Below are positions 38,386 through 52,597 of a DNA stretch of 64,000 bases, piece after piece. Where the stretch lies: positions 15,624,001 through 15,688,000 of the forward strand of contig OZ024745.1 in the NCBI GenBank assembly GCA_964016885.1, read 5' to 3'. The DNA comes from Eledone cirrhosa. Its lineage: Eukaryota. Position numbers and translations under genes: made by a program. The stretch's first letter is position 1. Each line of letters begins with the position of its first letter. A model generated the notes under the pieces. That model saw nothing but the letters and a program-made list of their open reading frames with translations, did not search any database and was not told the origin of the DNA.

Positions 38386-40394
38386 ACCAGTCCAAAGTGT
38401 TGGACGAAATATTTTGGGAGTAGTTATTTCAGTTGTTTGTGTTTTAAGTTCAAACCCTGCCCTGGTTTACTGTGGTAGACTTAATATTAAATCAAAGTTT
38501 AACACCAACATCTAGCTTTTTGATCCCTTCTGTAGATTCCCCCCTTTGCATGTATTCGAGACAGGTCACCCACGTTAGGAGACCCTGAAAATATGGACAT
38601 GGTCACGTGATTAAACAGTAAACAAAATTTTAAATTACCTTTCCGATATTCATTCCCCTGTGTCAGTAGCTCATTCTTTTATTAAGATCTTCAGCTGTAC
38701 CGATATCTACATTCCATGAATATGTTATTCAGGAACAAAACCTACCTCATTGTTGAACATTTAGTTATGTAAACACACTGCTCTCTACACAAGTTCATAT
38801 CTACATTTAGGTTACTCATAGTGACACTAAAATGTATTGAACAAATCAATTCCTTGTCTATGGTTTTATTTACATAACACTTGAGCGGTCCTATTCTCAG
38901 TACAGTCAAAGTGATCAGTTGGAATCCATTAAACTAACGGTGTTGGCTTCAATCTCAACCACAAGCTGACAGATCATCAAAACAACCTTTTACAACAATA
39001 TATGTTTTATTTCTTTTTGTTTTGCTTTTTTTCTTAGCTGAATTGTTAGAGCGTCAGACAAGATGCCTTTTGGTTCCGAATTCAAATCTCAATGTAGCTT
39101 ACTTGGCTGGTACACTTAATCTATCAACGGATTTAACACTACCAGCTAACTTTCGGCTACTTTTAGTAAAGTCCATTCTATTGCAAGCAACCATGCCAGA
39201 GTCAAGGCTATCTTCCACTTACACTACCACCAGTCTCAGGAGCCTGGAAAAGGGTTATGGGCGCCGTCACCCACCCCGACTAAACAGTAAAAAGAAGTTA
39301 AGAACTTATGCATCTTACTATATATTACCTGTATGTATAAATCTTATACGTTTGTGTTTATTTAGATACTATACTGTGTATGCCTCACTTTCGCAGCGAA
39401 CACTCGTATTTAAGGATATAACCACCAGGTGGAGCCATACACAAACCTGAATATATATAACATCAAATTTGTCACTCCGCTCACCCCTTGTCACTTACCC
39501 ATGATTACCAGTCATAGTTATTACCTCCCCAAAGTGGGGAGAAAGCCCTTCAGTCGAGTTTTATCACCGAAATACCTTCCTTTTGTTGATGGCAAAATAA
39601 GAGACCTTGTGCAAAGTTGCCGGGGTTAGGAAGGACATCCATCAGTAGAAACCATGCCTATAAAGGGTCGCGATGACGCTTCAGTTGTATAAAAGGCACG
39701 ACAGCCTCCCTAGTAATAGTGGTGTACACGATAAACAAACCCAGTACATTCTAGACCGTAATTGGTGATAGGAAGAGCAAGGCTTCGAAAACTCTTCAGC
39801 TGTGTGAAAGACATGACAATCGCCCTAGCGCTAGTACAACGATAAAACGTGAGAATGTATGTAATATGCGGGTCCTCAGCATGTCAAACAGGTTAGTAGC
39901 TCTGCTTAAGTAACGAAGGCGCATATGTATTTAACGTGTTATCCCTACTAGCAAGAGTTGGGCGGATTGTCACAGCCCATGCCAGTACTCCTTCGGTGAT
40001 ATTGACCTCCCAAACCAGGGGCTGCATCTGGTTTATATCGTTGCAGCAGTACTAGGGAGGCTGCCATGTCTGACACAACTGATAAGTCCTATCGACCCTT
40101 TGTTTGGCAGGTTTTCTATGGCCCTCTGCCCTTCCTATCCCCAATCTCTTTACACTGTATTGGTTGCGCTATATTGTGGAATCAACACTAGTCTTCGTGT
40201 TAGTAGGAAAAGATTTTTCAGTTAAGGACCATTGTTTTTTTTGTAATGCAGTTGTTCCCATAAATTGAAGGCAATTATTTTCGAAGATAACTGCATTCAA
40301 CAGTGAATAATACACTTAAACACGGACATTATTTACAAGTCAAATTATTTTGAATGTAATTATATGAAAGAGACTGACTGATAGTATGGATGTG

Positions 40395-40552
40395 AAGCTG
40401 TTGGTATTTATTTTCAGCTGAGTGGACTGGACCAAGGGGTAATGCAGTGCCTTGCTCAAGGACACAACGCGTCATCCAATCTAGGAATCGAATCCAAGAC
40501 ATTATGATCATGAACCAAACTTCCTAACCACTAGGCCACGCCACACGCCTTC
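40395..40552 (-). mobile_element. Group A SINE head/core
   Basis: GTGGCCTAGTGG...GATTCGATTCC...GTGTCCTTGAGCAAGGCAC. Confidence 0.75.
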
Positions 40553-42339
40553 TCAACTAATTCTACGACATTAGCTGGTAGTAAATGAAAGTAGTAATTG
40601 TCATATATTAGCTGTTGGTAAATGTAACAACTAACAATTCTTACATATTAGACAACTTTTCTAGTTTCATCAATGAAACAGACCTGCTCAAGAGATTAAC
40701 ATGCAAATAGCTGAGCATTCCACAGCTAGCGAACTCATATTGTTTTGTGAATTACATCTTAGTTATCAGATATTCTTTCCCACCACAACACCATGTTACT
40801 GGACCAGTGTCACTTATCATTGAATGTAAGCTATTGTGACCAGTTGGTAGGGTGAAGGCTAGCATTGTTAGTTATCAATGGGTAAATGTAGACTCATGAT
40901 ACTTATCAGTGGGTGAGTATAGGCTAGTGCTGTATTATCCATTTGAATATTAAACCACCCTTCTTGATTCTAAATACAGAAATGTTTTTTGAACTGTTAA
41001 TATGTAAAACGCTTCAGTCTACGAACCTTTAAGTTATGATCCACAGCTTAATACTGACAAAGTTATACTACTAAACCCATCCAAATTCTTACTTATTTTC
41101 AATATTCAGTAGATTTCTTTAGAAATCTGGTTAACAAATGAGTTAATGATGGAATGATGGTATATAGTGGATTGTAACAGCAAACTATGTGACATCAGGA
41201 GAAATAGTGGAGTAAGAATATAAAATGTTTAAGTGAATCAATACAAATATCATATTCAGGTCACATTATACATCAACCTATATTTAAACTAAATAGCCAC
41301 ATCAACTAATCTTATAACACTTGCCTCTGTCTTATACTGGGTTGTGGTATTTCCCCCCATTTTTTTCTATTTGCACTATTTCCTGTCTGCTTGCACCAGT
41401 GATATGTTTGTAGATGACCGTTTTTGTTTTCCCAGACTGGCATAGGTTGAATTAGGACATTATGTAGTCGAGTTAATGCGCTCCTAGATGGACACACTAT
41501 GATGTGTCTTGCAGAGCAACATCTCATTTATACATTTTATTTTCAGCATGGATCCTTTGACTGGATGCCCATCAGATCACTAGCAGAAAAACAAAATAGA
41601 TTAGGTACATGTTATGCTATCAACAGAAGTGTTACTCTCAATGCAAGGAGGACTAGAGTCCCTCCAGTCCTGTATAAGTTCTTATTCAGTTACAGCCCTT
41701 CCAGACAGGTTTCAAAAGCCAGATACCCTTCTTGCCAGCAACTTCCTGAGGAGCTGCAGAGGTAGCACATGACAGCTAAGTCAGAACAACTGATTTCTTC
41801 CAGAGGAGATAAAAGCAGAATTGACCCCAGTACTGGACTAGTAGTTTTTTTCTCAACCTTGGCAGGATTGGAGCTCAGAGTACTGGAACAAATACTGCAA
41901 AGCATTCTAATGGTCCACTCACATGACATGGGCGAATGCAATGCTTTGATTAATGAAACTTATCCAAGATCCCATGACATAGAAACCAGGACCATACAAA
42001 CTTTTTGTTGAAGCTACATCCACATAACAATCATGTGTTATTGGTGAGATGTTTAGTGCAGATACAACTAAATGACACAAGACAAGCAACACAATATAAC
42101 AGGTACATTAGAACAAGACAAAACTGTAATGAATCAAACACCAGGACTGTCACAGTACAGGACAATTGATAGGTTTTCTTACTTCTTCAACAATTGGATA
42201 AAGGACAGTTTGGTTCCAGTGCCTGTAGTTATGATAATAGGCAAATATATATTCCAGAAGACAGTAGCTAAGTTTCAACTGTCTTATTCCAAAATAAAAA
42301 CAACAACAAAGGCAAAAATAAGATGGGTGAATGGTTTTT

Positions 42340-45300
42340 ATTGAATTCTTCCAGAGATTACGTGCACCGCCAAACCACACACATGCACGCACACATACAT
42401 ACAATGCAGCTACTTAACTAAACTGGTGGGAGGAACCCAACTTTAATACAACAGTGTCATCTTTTATTTGTCTGTCAGTTTATCTGTCTGTCAGTTCTAG
42501 ATCTGGCCCAAGAATGTAATCTGTGGGGGAGAAATACACAAGAATAATGAAAGTAAACCATTCATTTCAAAATGGCTTTGTAAATGGTTAAGACTTAAAA
42601 TAACACAGCAACCTTGATAAGTAGATATCGATTGGCACAGCTGAATCAAAACCAATTTTTAACAAACACCATTTAGTTAGCAACCAAATGGTGTCAAGGG
42701 CATTTATTTTTAATTGGATGAACAAATCTTAAAAATGAGAGGATACCAAAGGAACTAAAAGTCACAGAGAAACAATGAAAAATGTGTTATCTGATGGAAA
42801 GGTTAATCTTACAGATCAGCATAGCATCATCACAGTTTAAAATATAGCCACTTTGGCACTTTATATACAGATATATCTACAGAAATATTCTGCCTTCAAA
42901 GAATTAACATAAAATAGATGAAATTTGCAAATGAAACACCACTTCTTAAAGGTTTAGAAAAAATACATTTAAAAGAAAAAGAATCAAAAGAATATAGATA
43001 GACAAAAGACTAAACTCTAGGTTGGAGATGTGCAAAATTCAAGTTTCATGTAGAAATCTATAAACTGCTGAGACATCATAATAAAGATTCAACCAACAAG
43101 AGTAACAAGTTAACAGAAAAATAGTAATAAAATGCTGTATTGAGAAACAAAGGAAATTGTTTATTAGCTAGACATAATAGCCATCAAACTATATATTAGG
43201 TCAGTGCTCAACTCAGCAAATCAAAACTGTGATATTCCTTGTAATAGTAGAAGTATGGGCATTCAGACAAACAATAGTCAATAACCGATTATTTATAAGA
43301 AATTGCTCCTCTATTTAACCCCGTGTGATGGCAAAACACCAAATGGGAAAGTTATAGTTAATGCATGCATGCATATACACATATGTGCATACATATACAT
43401 ACATATGAGACAGAGGAGAAGAAAAAGAAGAGAATAAGAATAGAAGACCTAACTTGAGGTAGTGGAAAACTGAAATGATTGTCCAAGGAAACGACAGCCA
43501 ACTTTTCTCGGCAACAATTACAAATCCTGTAAAGCAATTCCAGGGCTGAGTTGAAAGCAATATTTATTGACGAATCTGGGCTGGACTAAAGAAGAAGGAC
43601 AAGACAATTGACAGAAAAAATATAATTGTAAGGAATGTCATGGTGAAAATTACAGTTAGGTAAAAGAAGTCTGGCAGTTAAAAAAATATGCCAGTGAGTT
43701 TACCAAATGACAAACCAGTCTAGATAGACATCGACTGGGACCAGAAATGGACAGGCAACAGAGAGATGACAAGGGAAGTGAAGACATGAGAAGTGGTAAC
43801 ATATGTATTTAGAAGTTGAATGGAAATTACAAAACAACAATTGGGAGAAGATACATTTTGAAGTATGGTAAATTAACTTAATATAAGACAGAAGGCTTTC
43901 ATCTAATGTGGTCAAAGCCAAATTTGTTTTTAAATTACAACACAGAGCTCATTCACAAACACAAGTTTGGTGATGATCTAGAGAATGTTTACTTCACTGG
44001 GAAGTAGTTTCAATATGGTGAAAGTTCTACACAGTTAAAACAAGACTCAAAAACTTCATCTAGAAACAATTGATAAATAACCAGCACACACAAGCTTGGG
44101 TAAAAATATATCTTATACAATAGGTGATCTCTTAAAAGGGGCGCACTTGATGTAACAGTAAAGAAAAAGCTAAGAAAAGTGATGAATATATAGCAAAGAA
44201 TGTTAAGTTCTCAAAAACCAAATAACGTCAAAAAAAAAAAAATAGTTGAAAAATGATGGAGAAAGAGGAGAAAACAAAAAGTGCTTTATCAATATACCAC
44301 TTGCCTATTTACCAGGAGATCCCAGTTTCTCTCCTACTTCTCTCTCATACACATACACACATGGCACAAAGATTATCACAACAGGTCCAAAGAATTTACC
44401 ATTATTTAACACCTATGTTTTACTTCATTTATGTATGTCACTGTAAGCAGGTATATCAGAAGGTCGGTGTCAATTCCAGAGAAATGCTGCGAGATAATTG
44501 GATGCTCAGTTTTAGTGAAAAAGTCGATCATTAACAGACTTGGTTTTTAACATAGAAACTGCTTCATAAAATCAGAATAGTGAAATTTGTGGAGTTGCCA
44601 ATACAATTACAGTTTGTATTAATACATACAGTCAAAACTAGGCTATGTACCAGTATTGATAACGCAAGATAATATGTCTGGAGAACTAATTTATTTGTTT
44701 CAACATACAAATAATAATGGTAGTGGTGGTAGTAGTAGTAATAATAAAATAATAATAATAAAAACATCCATGGTTATATGCTTACCATAAGTATACATAT
44801 CAAAACAAATTCAGAATCACTCATTCCATGGGTTGGTGAACTATTAATGTGCAATGATATGGTGGGAGGGGAAGATCTTTGGCAAGTAACCTTATAACTT
44901 TCAATAGGAGTACTAGTGCATGTTGTGTGTGTGTATGTGTAGGGGCCTAGCAGAAGACAGCAACCTAAAAAACACTTTAAAAGTGGTTGTAAGATCAAAG
45001 TACAATGAAAATTGAAGTAAATGTTGTGGGATGGTGTCACAGTTTCCCTATATTTCTCAAACAACTGTCAAGAAGAAGTGAAAACCCTCAGTACTGCTAA
45101 TGTCATGTTAGTTTAGGTCTTGGAATATATATTCCAGAAGTTGCTGTAAAAACTAAAATGTAAATATGTCCTGAATAGAGACCATAGTTTGCCCTCTTAA
45201 ATTTACTGGCCAAAAAGGTATGGGTTAGCTAATCTGCCAACAGAAAGAGAGCAGGAGGGGGGAGAAGAAAGAACAGACCGTTCTACCAGCTAACCAATAA

Positions 45301-45829
45301 CAAAATAAGCTATCATTTCTCCCTTGAATATCTCTAGTAATGCAACATTTATCAATGAACAAACACATTTAGTATTAATAGGTGTGTAGCCAGCTACTGA
45401 CAACACAGAGGATGAGGTAAAAATGATAAACAGAAAAACACTAACATCTTAAAACTCCTCACATCCAATAGATTTAGACCTTCTAAACAGATTTATATTG
45501 ACACCTTAAATAATTTGGTAACAAACTCTTTCAACATAGAAAATAATAGAAATGGTTTTAACTTTATTTTATAACTTTTAAAATGTTACATCACCCAGAC
45601 TAGCCAAAGTGTGACTAACAGATGTGTGTACATCCTTATTTAATGAGGAGACCAGTTCAAAGAAGAAAGTCACTTGTTTGAACTTGTGGAAATATCTTGT
45701 ACTAAGTAGTATTACTGACACTACAAGCTATGGGCTTGAGGGTCAACTAATTCCTTTCCAACAAATGGAGTGAACAGGTTTTGTGAAATTGTAGATACAG
45801 AACGTGTGTACTTCAGACACATCTCTGAT

Positions 45830-45863
<34 letters not shown>

Positions 45864-47551
45864 TGATGTGATAAGAGAGAGAGAGTGATGAAGGGAAAGA
45901 TGGTAGCAGGAGTTACCATATTACTCCTGTAGTATCATGTCAGAAATAGTTAAGTGAACATTGATTCCAAACAAGGATGTACACAAAAATCTGCCCGCAA
46001 ATGTCAAATAGTGAGCTCAGAAGTGAGTTTACTGTACAATGAAAAGAATCACAAAGTCCAACTAGCTGAAGGTTTCACACAAATTCAACAAACTAGAAGG
46101 TAGAACATTAACAAAACTGTCTCCCAATAAACACTGCAAACAATTTATCACGGCACTAAAGGGATTGGAGGATAAAATAAGAACATAAAAAACAAAACTA
46201 CAAACACATCAAACCTTTTTTTTTTGTTTTTGTACACTACTTCAATACCACAAACAAAACTAGAAAGATTTTGGATTAAAGGTGCCAAAATGTGTAAACT
46301 TTACGAAGGTGCACCACTGGGGTATGGAGGGGTTATGTATAATTTTCATTTTAACTTTATTACATTTAGTTTCTTGTTATGGAGGAGAAGATATTGAAAT
46401 TTTTTTTTTCTTTTCACCTTTCTTTCATAATAAAACACAGAGCCACACACATTGTGGAGAAATGAACAAAATTTCTGGTGTTTTAGTCTTTTGTATTCAT
46501 GGTGGTGATTTGTTTTTTCCTCTTTACATACATTATGCAAACCTCCTCAACAAAATACAGCCTCTTCCAGCCTTACATAATAACCAATACTGTCTCAGAA
46601 TCTGTTTCATTTCATGTCAGACCAAAGCTCAATAGCTCTTGCTTCTTAATTTCTTATAAAGGAGAGGGCATGGCAATGACTTGTTAGAATATGTACACGG
46701 CATATAGTAACATGCTCTTGGTAATATTTTCTTTTCTTTTTTGGTCAATATTTTGGGAGGGGGGATGGGTCCTTTTTTTATTGTTTTTATTGGCTTTACT
46801 TTAAATCTTAAGGTATATATATTCTAGAATTGATCGTGATCGATCAATAAAAAAAATCCATCATAGTCCAATAACATATGTAACAAGAAACGGAGCACAC
46901 ATGAACATACTGATAACAATGCAACACTTCAGCAGCAGCAGCAGCAGCAGCAGACAATTGGCTGTACAGTCCAGATGACAAAAACCCATCAGCAATGGCA
47001 CTGACGACGTTACCCCAGTGGCACGCCATTCACAAACTACGTAGAAAGTTTCTCTTTTTTTTTTTGATAATTTTTATCAAAATTTTTTTTAAAGAATCTT
47101 AGAAATTTCTGTGATATATATATATATTCACATACACATAGAACACACATATGTGTATATATATACAGTCACAGATACAAGCACACACATACACACCAAG
47201 GCAGGTGTGTGTATGTGTGCTGAGATATATATATATATATAGATAGATAGATATTAACACACATTTATATATTCTTTTTTTTTTTAACTCAGCGAAGAAC
47301 TTGAGATGCCGCTGACACTTAGGACATCAAACGTGACAGGCAGAGGAGACAACGAAGGACGTCACGTGAAACATGGGAAGGACGTCACGCCACGTGCGAT
47401 CTACAGAGAAGAGAAGCAAAGGGTCAAATTAAATGGTATTGCTAGTGCTCGAAAAAGGCAATCTGGCGCCTTGGCATATTTAAATTTATCTCAAGCCTAA
47501 GTTGTTTTTTATGATAAAAAAAAAAAAAAAACTAAAAAATAAAATACACAC

Positions 47552-47605
<54 letters not shown>

Positions 47606-47825
47606 CATATATATACATATACATACATATACATACATATACATATATATACACATATACATACATATACATATATATACACATATATACATATACATAC
47701 ATATACATACATATACACATATATATACATATATATACATATATATACATATATATACATATATATATATACATATATATATACATATATACATATATAT
47801 ACATATATATATACATATATATACA

Positions 47826-47909
<84 letters not shown>

Positions 47910-48174
47910 TATATACATATATATATACATATATATATATATACATATATATATACATATATATATACATATATATATATATACATATATATATACATAT
48001 ATATATACATATATATATATACATATATATATATACATATATATATACATATATATATACATATATATATACATATATATATATACATATATATATACAT
48101 ATATACATATATATATACATATATATATATACATATATATATACATATACATATATATATACATATATATATAC

Positions 48175-48227
<53 letters not shown>

Positions 48228-48537
48228 TATATACATATATACATATATATATACATATACATATACATATATATATACATATACATATATATATATATAC
48301 ACATATATATACACATATATATACATATATATATACATATATATATACACATATATATATATACATATATACACATATATATATATACATATATATATAC
48401 ATATATATATATATACATATATATATACATATATATATATACATATACATATATATATACATAAATATACACACATATATATACATGTATACATATACAC
48501 ATATATATATACATATATATATACATATATATATACA

Positions 48538-48589
<52 letters not shown>

Positions 48590-48590
48590 C

Positions 48591-48627
<37 letters not shown>

Positions 48628-49086
48628 CATACATATATATACATACATATACATACATACATATATATATATACATATATATATATACATACATATATAT
48701 ATATATATAATCTGTGTGTAAAACTGCTTCACTGGATGAGTGGTGTTACCTAAAACAGTATCAAAGTGTTTGTAGCTACACCTACAATCTATAGACAACC
48801 AAATTACAGGTGTTGATTTTAAAATGCTATGGCCATACAATAAAGGCAGTTCTTTTACATTAGAGAAAGAAGATATTTTAATTGTCGTTCTAGAAAGAAA
48901 TATAATTAGAGAGATACTGTAATCAATAATTGATCACAAAATCAACAACAGCTTGTCTAAATTATATCTCAAAGAGAGCCATCCAGGGGACATCCCTCAT
49001 CCAGTTTGCTAACCTATTATCATATAAGGCAGAGCCGAAACGAGATTCACATACTAGATATTAACAGAGAGCGACATAGGAACTTT

Positions 49087-49128
<42 letters not shown>

Positions 49129-52100
49129 GATAGATCTAACCTGGAAATTTAGCAGGTGTGTGCGTATGCATGCATACATGTGTATTATACAGTTGGAATA
49201 TATATATTTGTGTATATATTGCATCATTTCCCATTATGCAACTTATACACAAGTATATACAGTGTACAAGTGTGTGGATATGCAGACACACACACACACA
49301 GTTAGATAAACGTTAAATATCTATTAAAAAAATTTAAAAAAAGATAGGGGGGGTTGTCACACTACAACAATGCAATGTGAATCAAGTTTCCGCTATTTAA
49401 AATAAAAAGAAATAAAAATATATACAAATTATACAAGTTAATGGGATAAAACTGAAAAAAACTTCTGAGTGTTCTGCATTTGCTAAAGGCAAGCAACATA
49501 AGTTGGTAAAGTGCTGTAATCTAAGAAATAGAGTGAAGATTACCAATAAGGTCAACATGTTGTTGCTGTTGTTGTTGTTGTTAACCCAACCCATTTCACA
49601 ACAGAAGAAAAATATGGAAACCAAGGATGTTATAATCCAAGCAAGATTTAAACTATTTACTTTGTTAAAAAAGCCATAGATAATATTTGAATGTATAAAG
49701 CTAACAGTGATTGTAAATAATAATAGTAGTAGTAATAGTGATCTGTTGCCATTAGTGTAGAGAAGGCAGAGGCAACATTAAAATTAGGCTAATCAGCAAT
49801 GTATGGGTGGGGATTTGTCAATTATCATTAATTAATCAACCATAGTTAATCACTGTTAGCTTTATATTAGTACAGTCATGCAAGTTGTGAAAGGGATAAT
49901 AAATAATGCATGAGTTAACATGTAGTGCAAGGGCTAACAGGTTAATAGTGAGCAGGACACAGGTAAATAATTACCTGTATACAATACAAATTTAGGGAAA
50001 ATATGCACTGAAATCACAACACATACTCCATCATCGGCTAAAAATAATAGTCAGGTATTGGGGGGGGGGGGACAACGTGTAAAAATTGAAAGTTAGAAAT
50101 ACATGTGTTAACCCCATGAAAACAGAAGGGAATAGAGGGGCAAAGAATTTGTACATTTACTGAAGAGACTCTGGTGACATTTCAATCATATAAACACAGT
50201 TATCACCATCATTTCAATTTGTTCCCTTATACTTATATTACTGTAAAACATTACATGCTCGCTGTGTGTTTACACACACGTGAGTGAGATAAGAAAGGTG
50301 GTCATGGAATAGTTTAGAAAAGATGGGAGGAAACTTCCAAGTATGTCTCCTTATTCCATGTACACAACATGTTTATGGATAGAAAGTCATTTGAAAAATA
50401 TCCAAATATCGATTATGACAGATAATACCATGACAGACAGAGATGTTAAGATGGAAGAAAGTCTTTTATAGAAGTAGGATAACAATGTAAGGTGGCAATA
50501 ATACAAATGCTCTGCTAAACCTCTTGAAACCAAGCCACCTGAAACTATTCCTCATCTTATAATTCAGGATAGTTGGCTTCATTCAAAGTGTTTATATTTA
50601 GATTTTAAACACTTCTATCATAATTTTATGTTAGAACATTGTTCAGTTCCAAACATCAGCTTGGCATCACATTAAATGACCACTAGTTAAAATAAAAAAA
50701 ATGAAATGGGTATTTTACTAAATCCCTACAAGATTCTTTATTTTCAAAATCAAATGAAAATCATAGGCAGTGTATTTCATTAGAAATATGCTAAGAGTTA
50801 AATACAGAAAGACAGGAGTAATAGGAGAATTGTAATGATGTATTTAAGGTTGTTAGATGTAATAATTGAAGGAGCAGCAAGAGCAGAAGCATGTGGAGGA
50901 GAAGCAGCTTAGAAGACATGCAAAACACTCAGTGAATTTACTACACTAATGCATGACTACCAAGTGAAAAAGTATATATAATCGCCAGCAGAAAGATGGC
51001 ATGGATTTGAAGTGGGGGTTGTGGTCAGAGCTGGAGGTTTTAAAGCAGAAATGGTTTGGGTGTGGTGGAGAAAATAAACCAGAGGGGGTATTATTGTGCA
51101 GGAGGCAAACACCAACAACAACATCAACATCAACATCAAAAACGATGACAAATTGGCACAGAGAATACAACATGTAAAAAAAAAAAAAACTGGGTTTGAG
51201 AAGGGAGGCAGGGAGAAAGTGGTTGCTGAAGAAATCAAAATGGAAAGCATTACAACAAGATGAACAACAACAACAACAACGACAATACATTAACGTGAAT
51301 ACAAGTGCGGCAAAACAAAGAACATGAGTTGTTTATCCAACAGAATAATACATATATGTATAATACAGAGTAAGAACAACAACAACAATAACAGTAACAA
51401 TAATAACAAAATAGAGAGAGACAAGTTCAAAAGTTTTGTAAAAAGACATTAACATTTTAACATTATATAAAACAATACACAGCCAGTCAAACATCATCTG
51501 CTACAGAAATATTGAGTAAACATAATTCTTAACATTGTCACTACTATATGTGTGTCTATGTATGAGTAAACATACGCTAAAATTGCTGGTGTTTGTTTAA
51601 AGATACATCAAAATTGGTGTGTGTGTGTGTGTGTGTAAACATACGCCGAAATTGGTGTGTGTGAACATACGCCGAAATTGGTCTGTGTGTAAACATATGC
51701 AAAAATTGCTAGCATGTATATGTGTAAACATACACCAAAATTGTTAGTGTGTATGCACATGTATCTATAGTCCACAAAGAAAATAATTTTCAATATGACT
51801 AACTGAAAGGGAGGACCTGAACACTTGACTTTGTTGAGTGTATATTAATTTATTTGAAATTTAGAGCATTTCAATACATATATAATTTCAATAACATATC
51901 TATGTATTGAAATGCTACATTTCAATACATAGATATGTATTTGACACATGTTTATACTAATATACACCAACAATATACGTACATAATTTGAATATTTTTT
52001 TAATGCTCCTGCAAAAGGATTCCAAATATTTTTTTTCTTTTAATCTGTTTAATCCTCTGTCCCCACTTTTTTTCTTCTTCTTCAAATAACAGAGTTAGAG

Positions 52101-52597
52101 ATAATTAAACATTTGTTTTTTCTAATATAAAGTAGGAAATGGTATTTTACAGAGAGGGGAACTGCATTGTAGCTATATGAGTGACTGTCAGGTCAAACAA
52201 GCCATGGAAAACGATACAATAGGAGGGGGTGGGGGGACTAAACACAGAATCCAGTAAAACAAGGCTGGTTTCTCATTTTTTTAAAAACCTTTCATTCTGT
52301 TCATCACACTGTTTTATTCAGACATAGAATACCCAGCAGGTTCAACATGAAACAGGTTTCTAAACATACAGCATCGAAGACAGTTACAGGTTGGAAGACT
52401 TTATATATATATATTATATATATAACATATATATTATATAGGAATAACCGAAACGGTAAAAAAAATGTAGAGAAATATTTTTTATTTGGCTATATATGTA
52501 TATATATTAGCAGTACGAAAATATTTTATACAGTCTCAAGATTGATGTATGATTTACATCATACAGGACAGAAACAACAGAATAAATAATAAAATAT
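42340..52597 (-). other. Putative long 3'-UTR exon of the CELF gene
   Basis: Strong acceptor CTCCTTCTTTCAG|A at 52598/52597; the region lacks recognisable SINEs and is U/UG-rich on the minus strand; 3' boundary is a guess among several AATAAA sites. Confidence 0.35.
47553..48708. repeat. (TA)n/(TACA)n compound microsatellite
   Basis: Seen directly. Confidence 0.95.
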
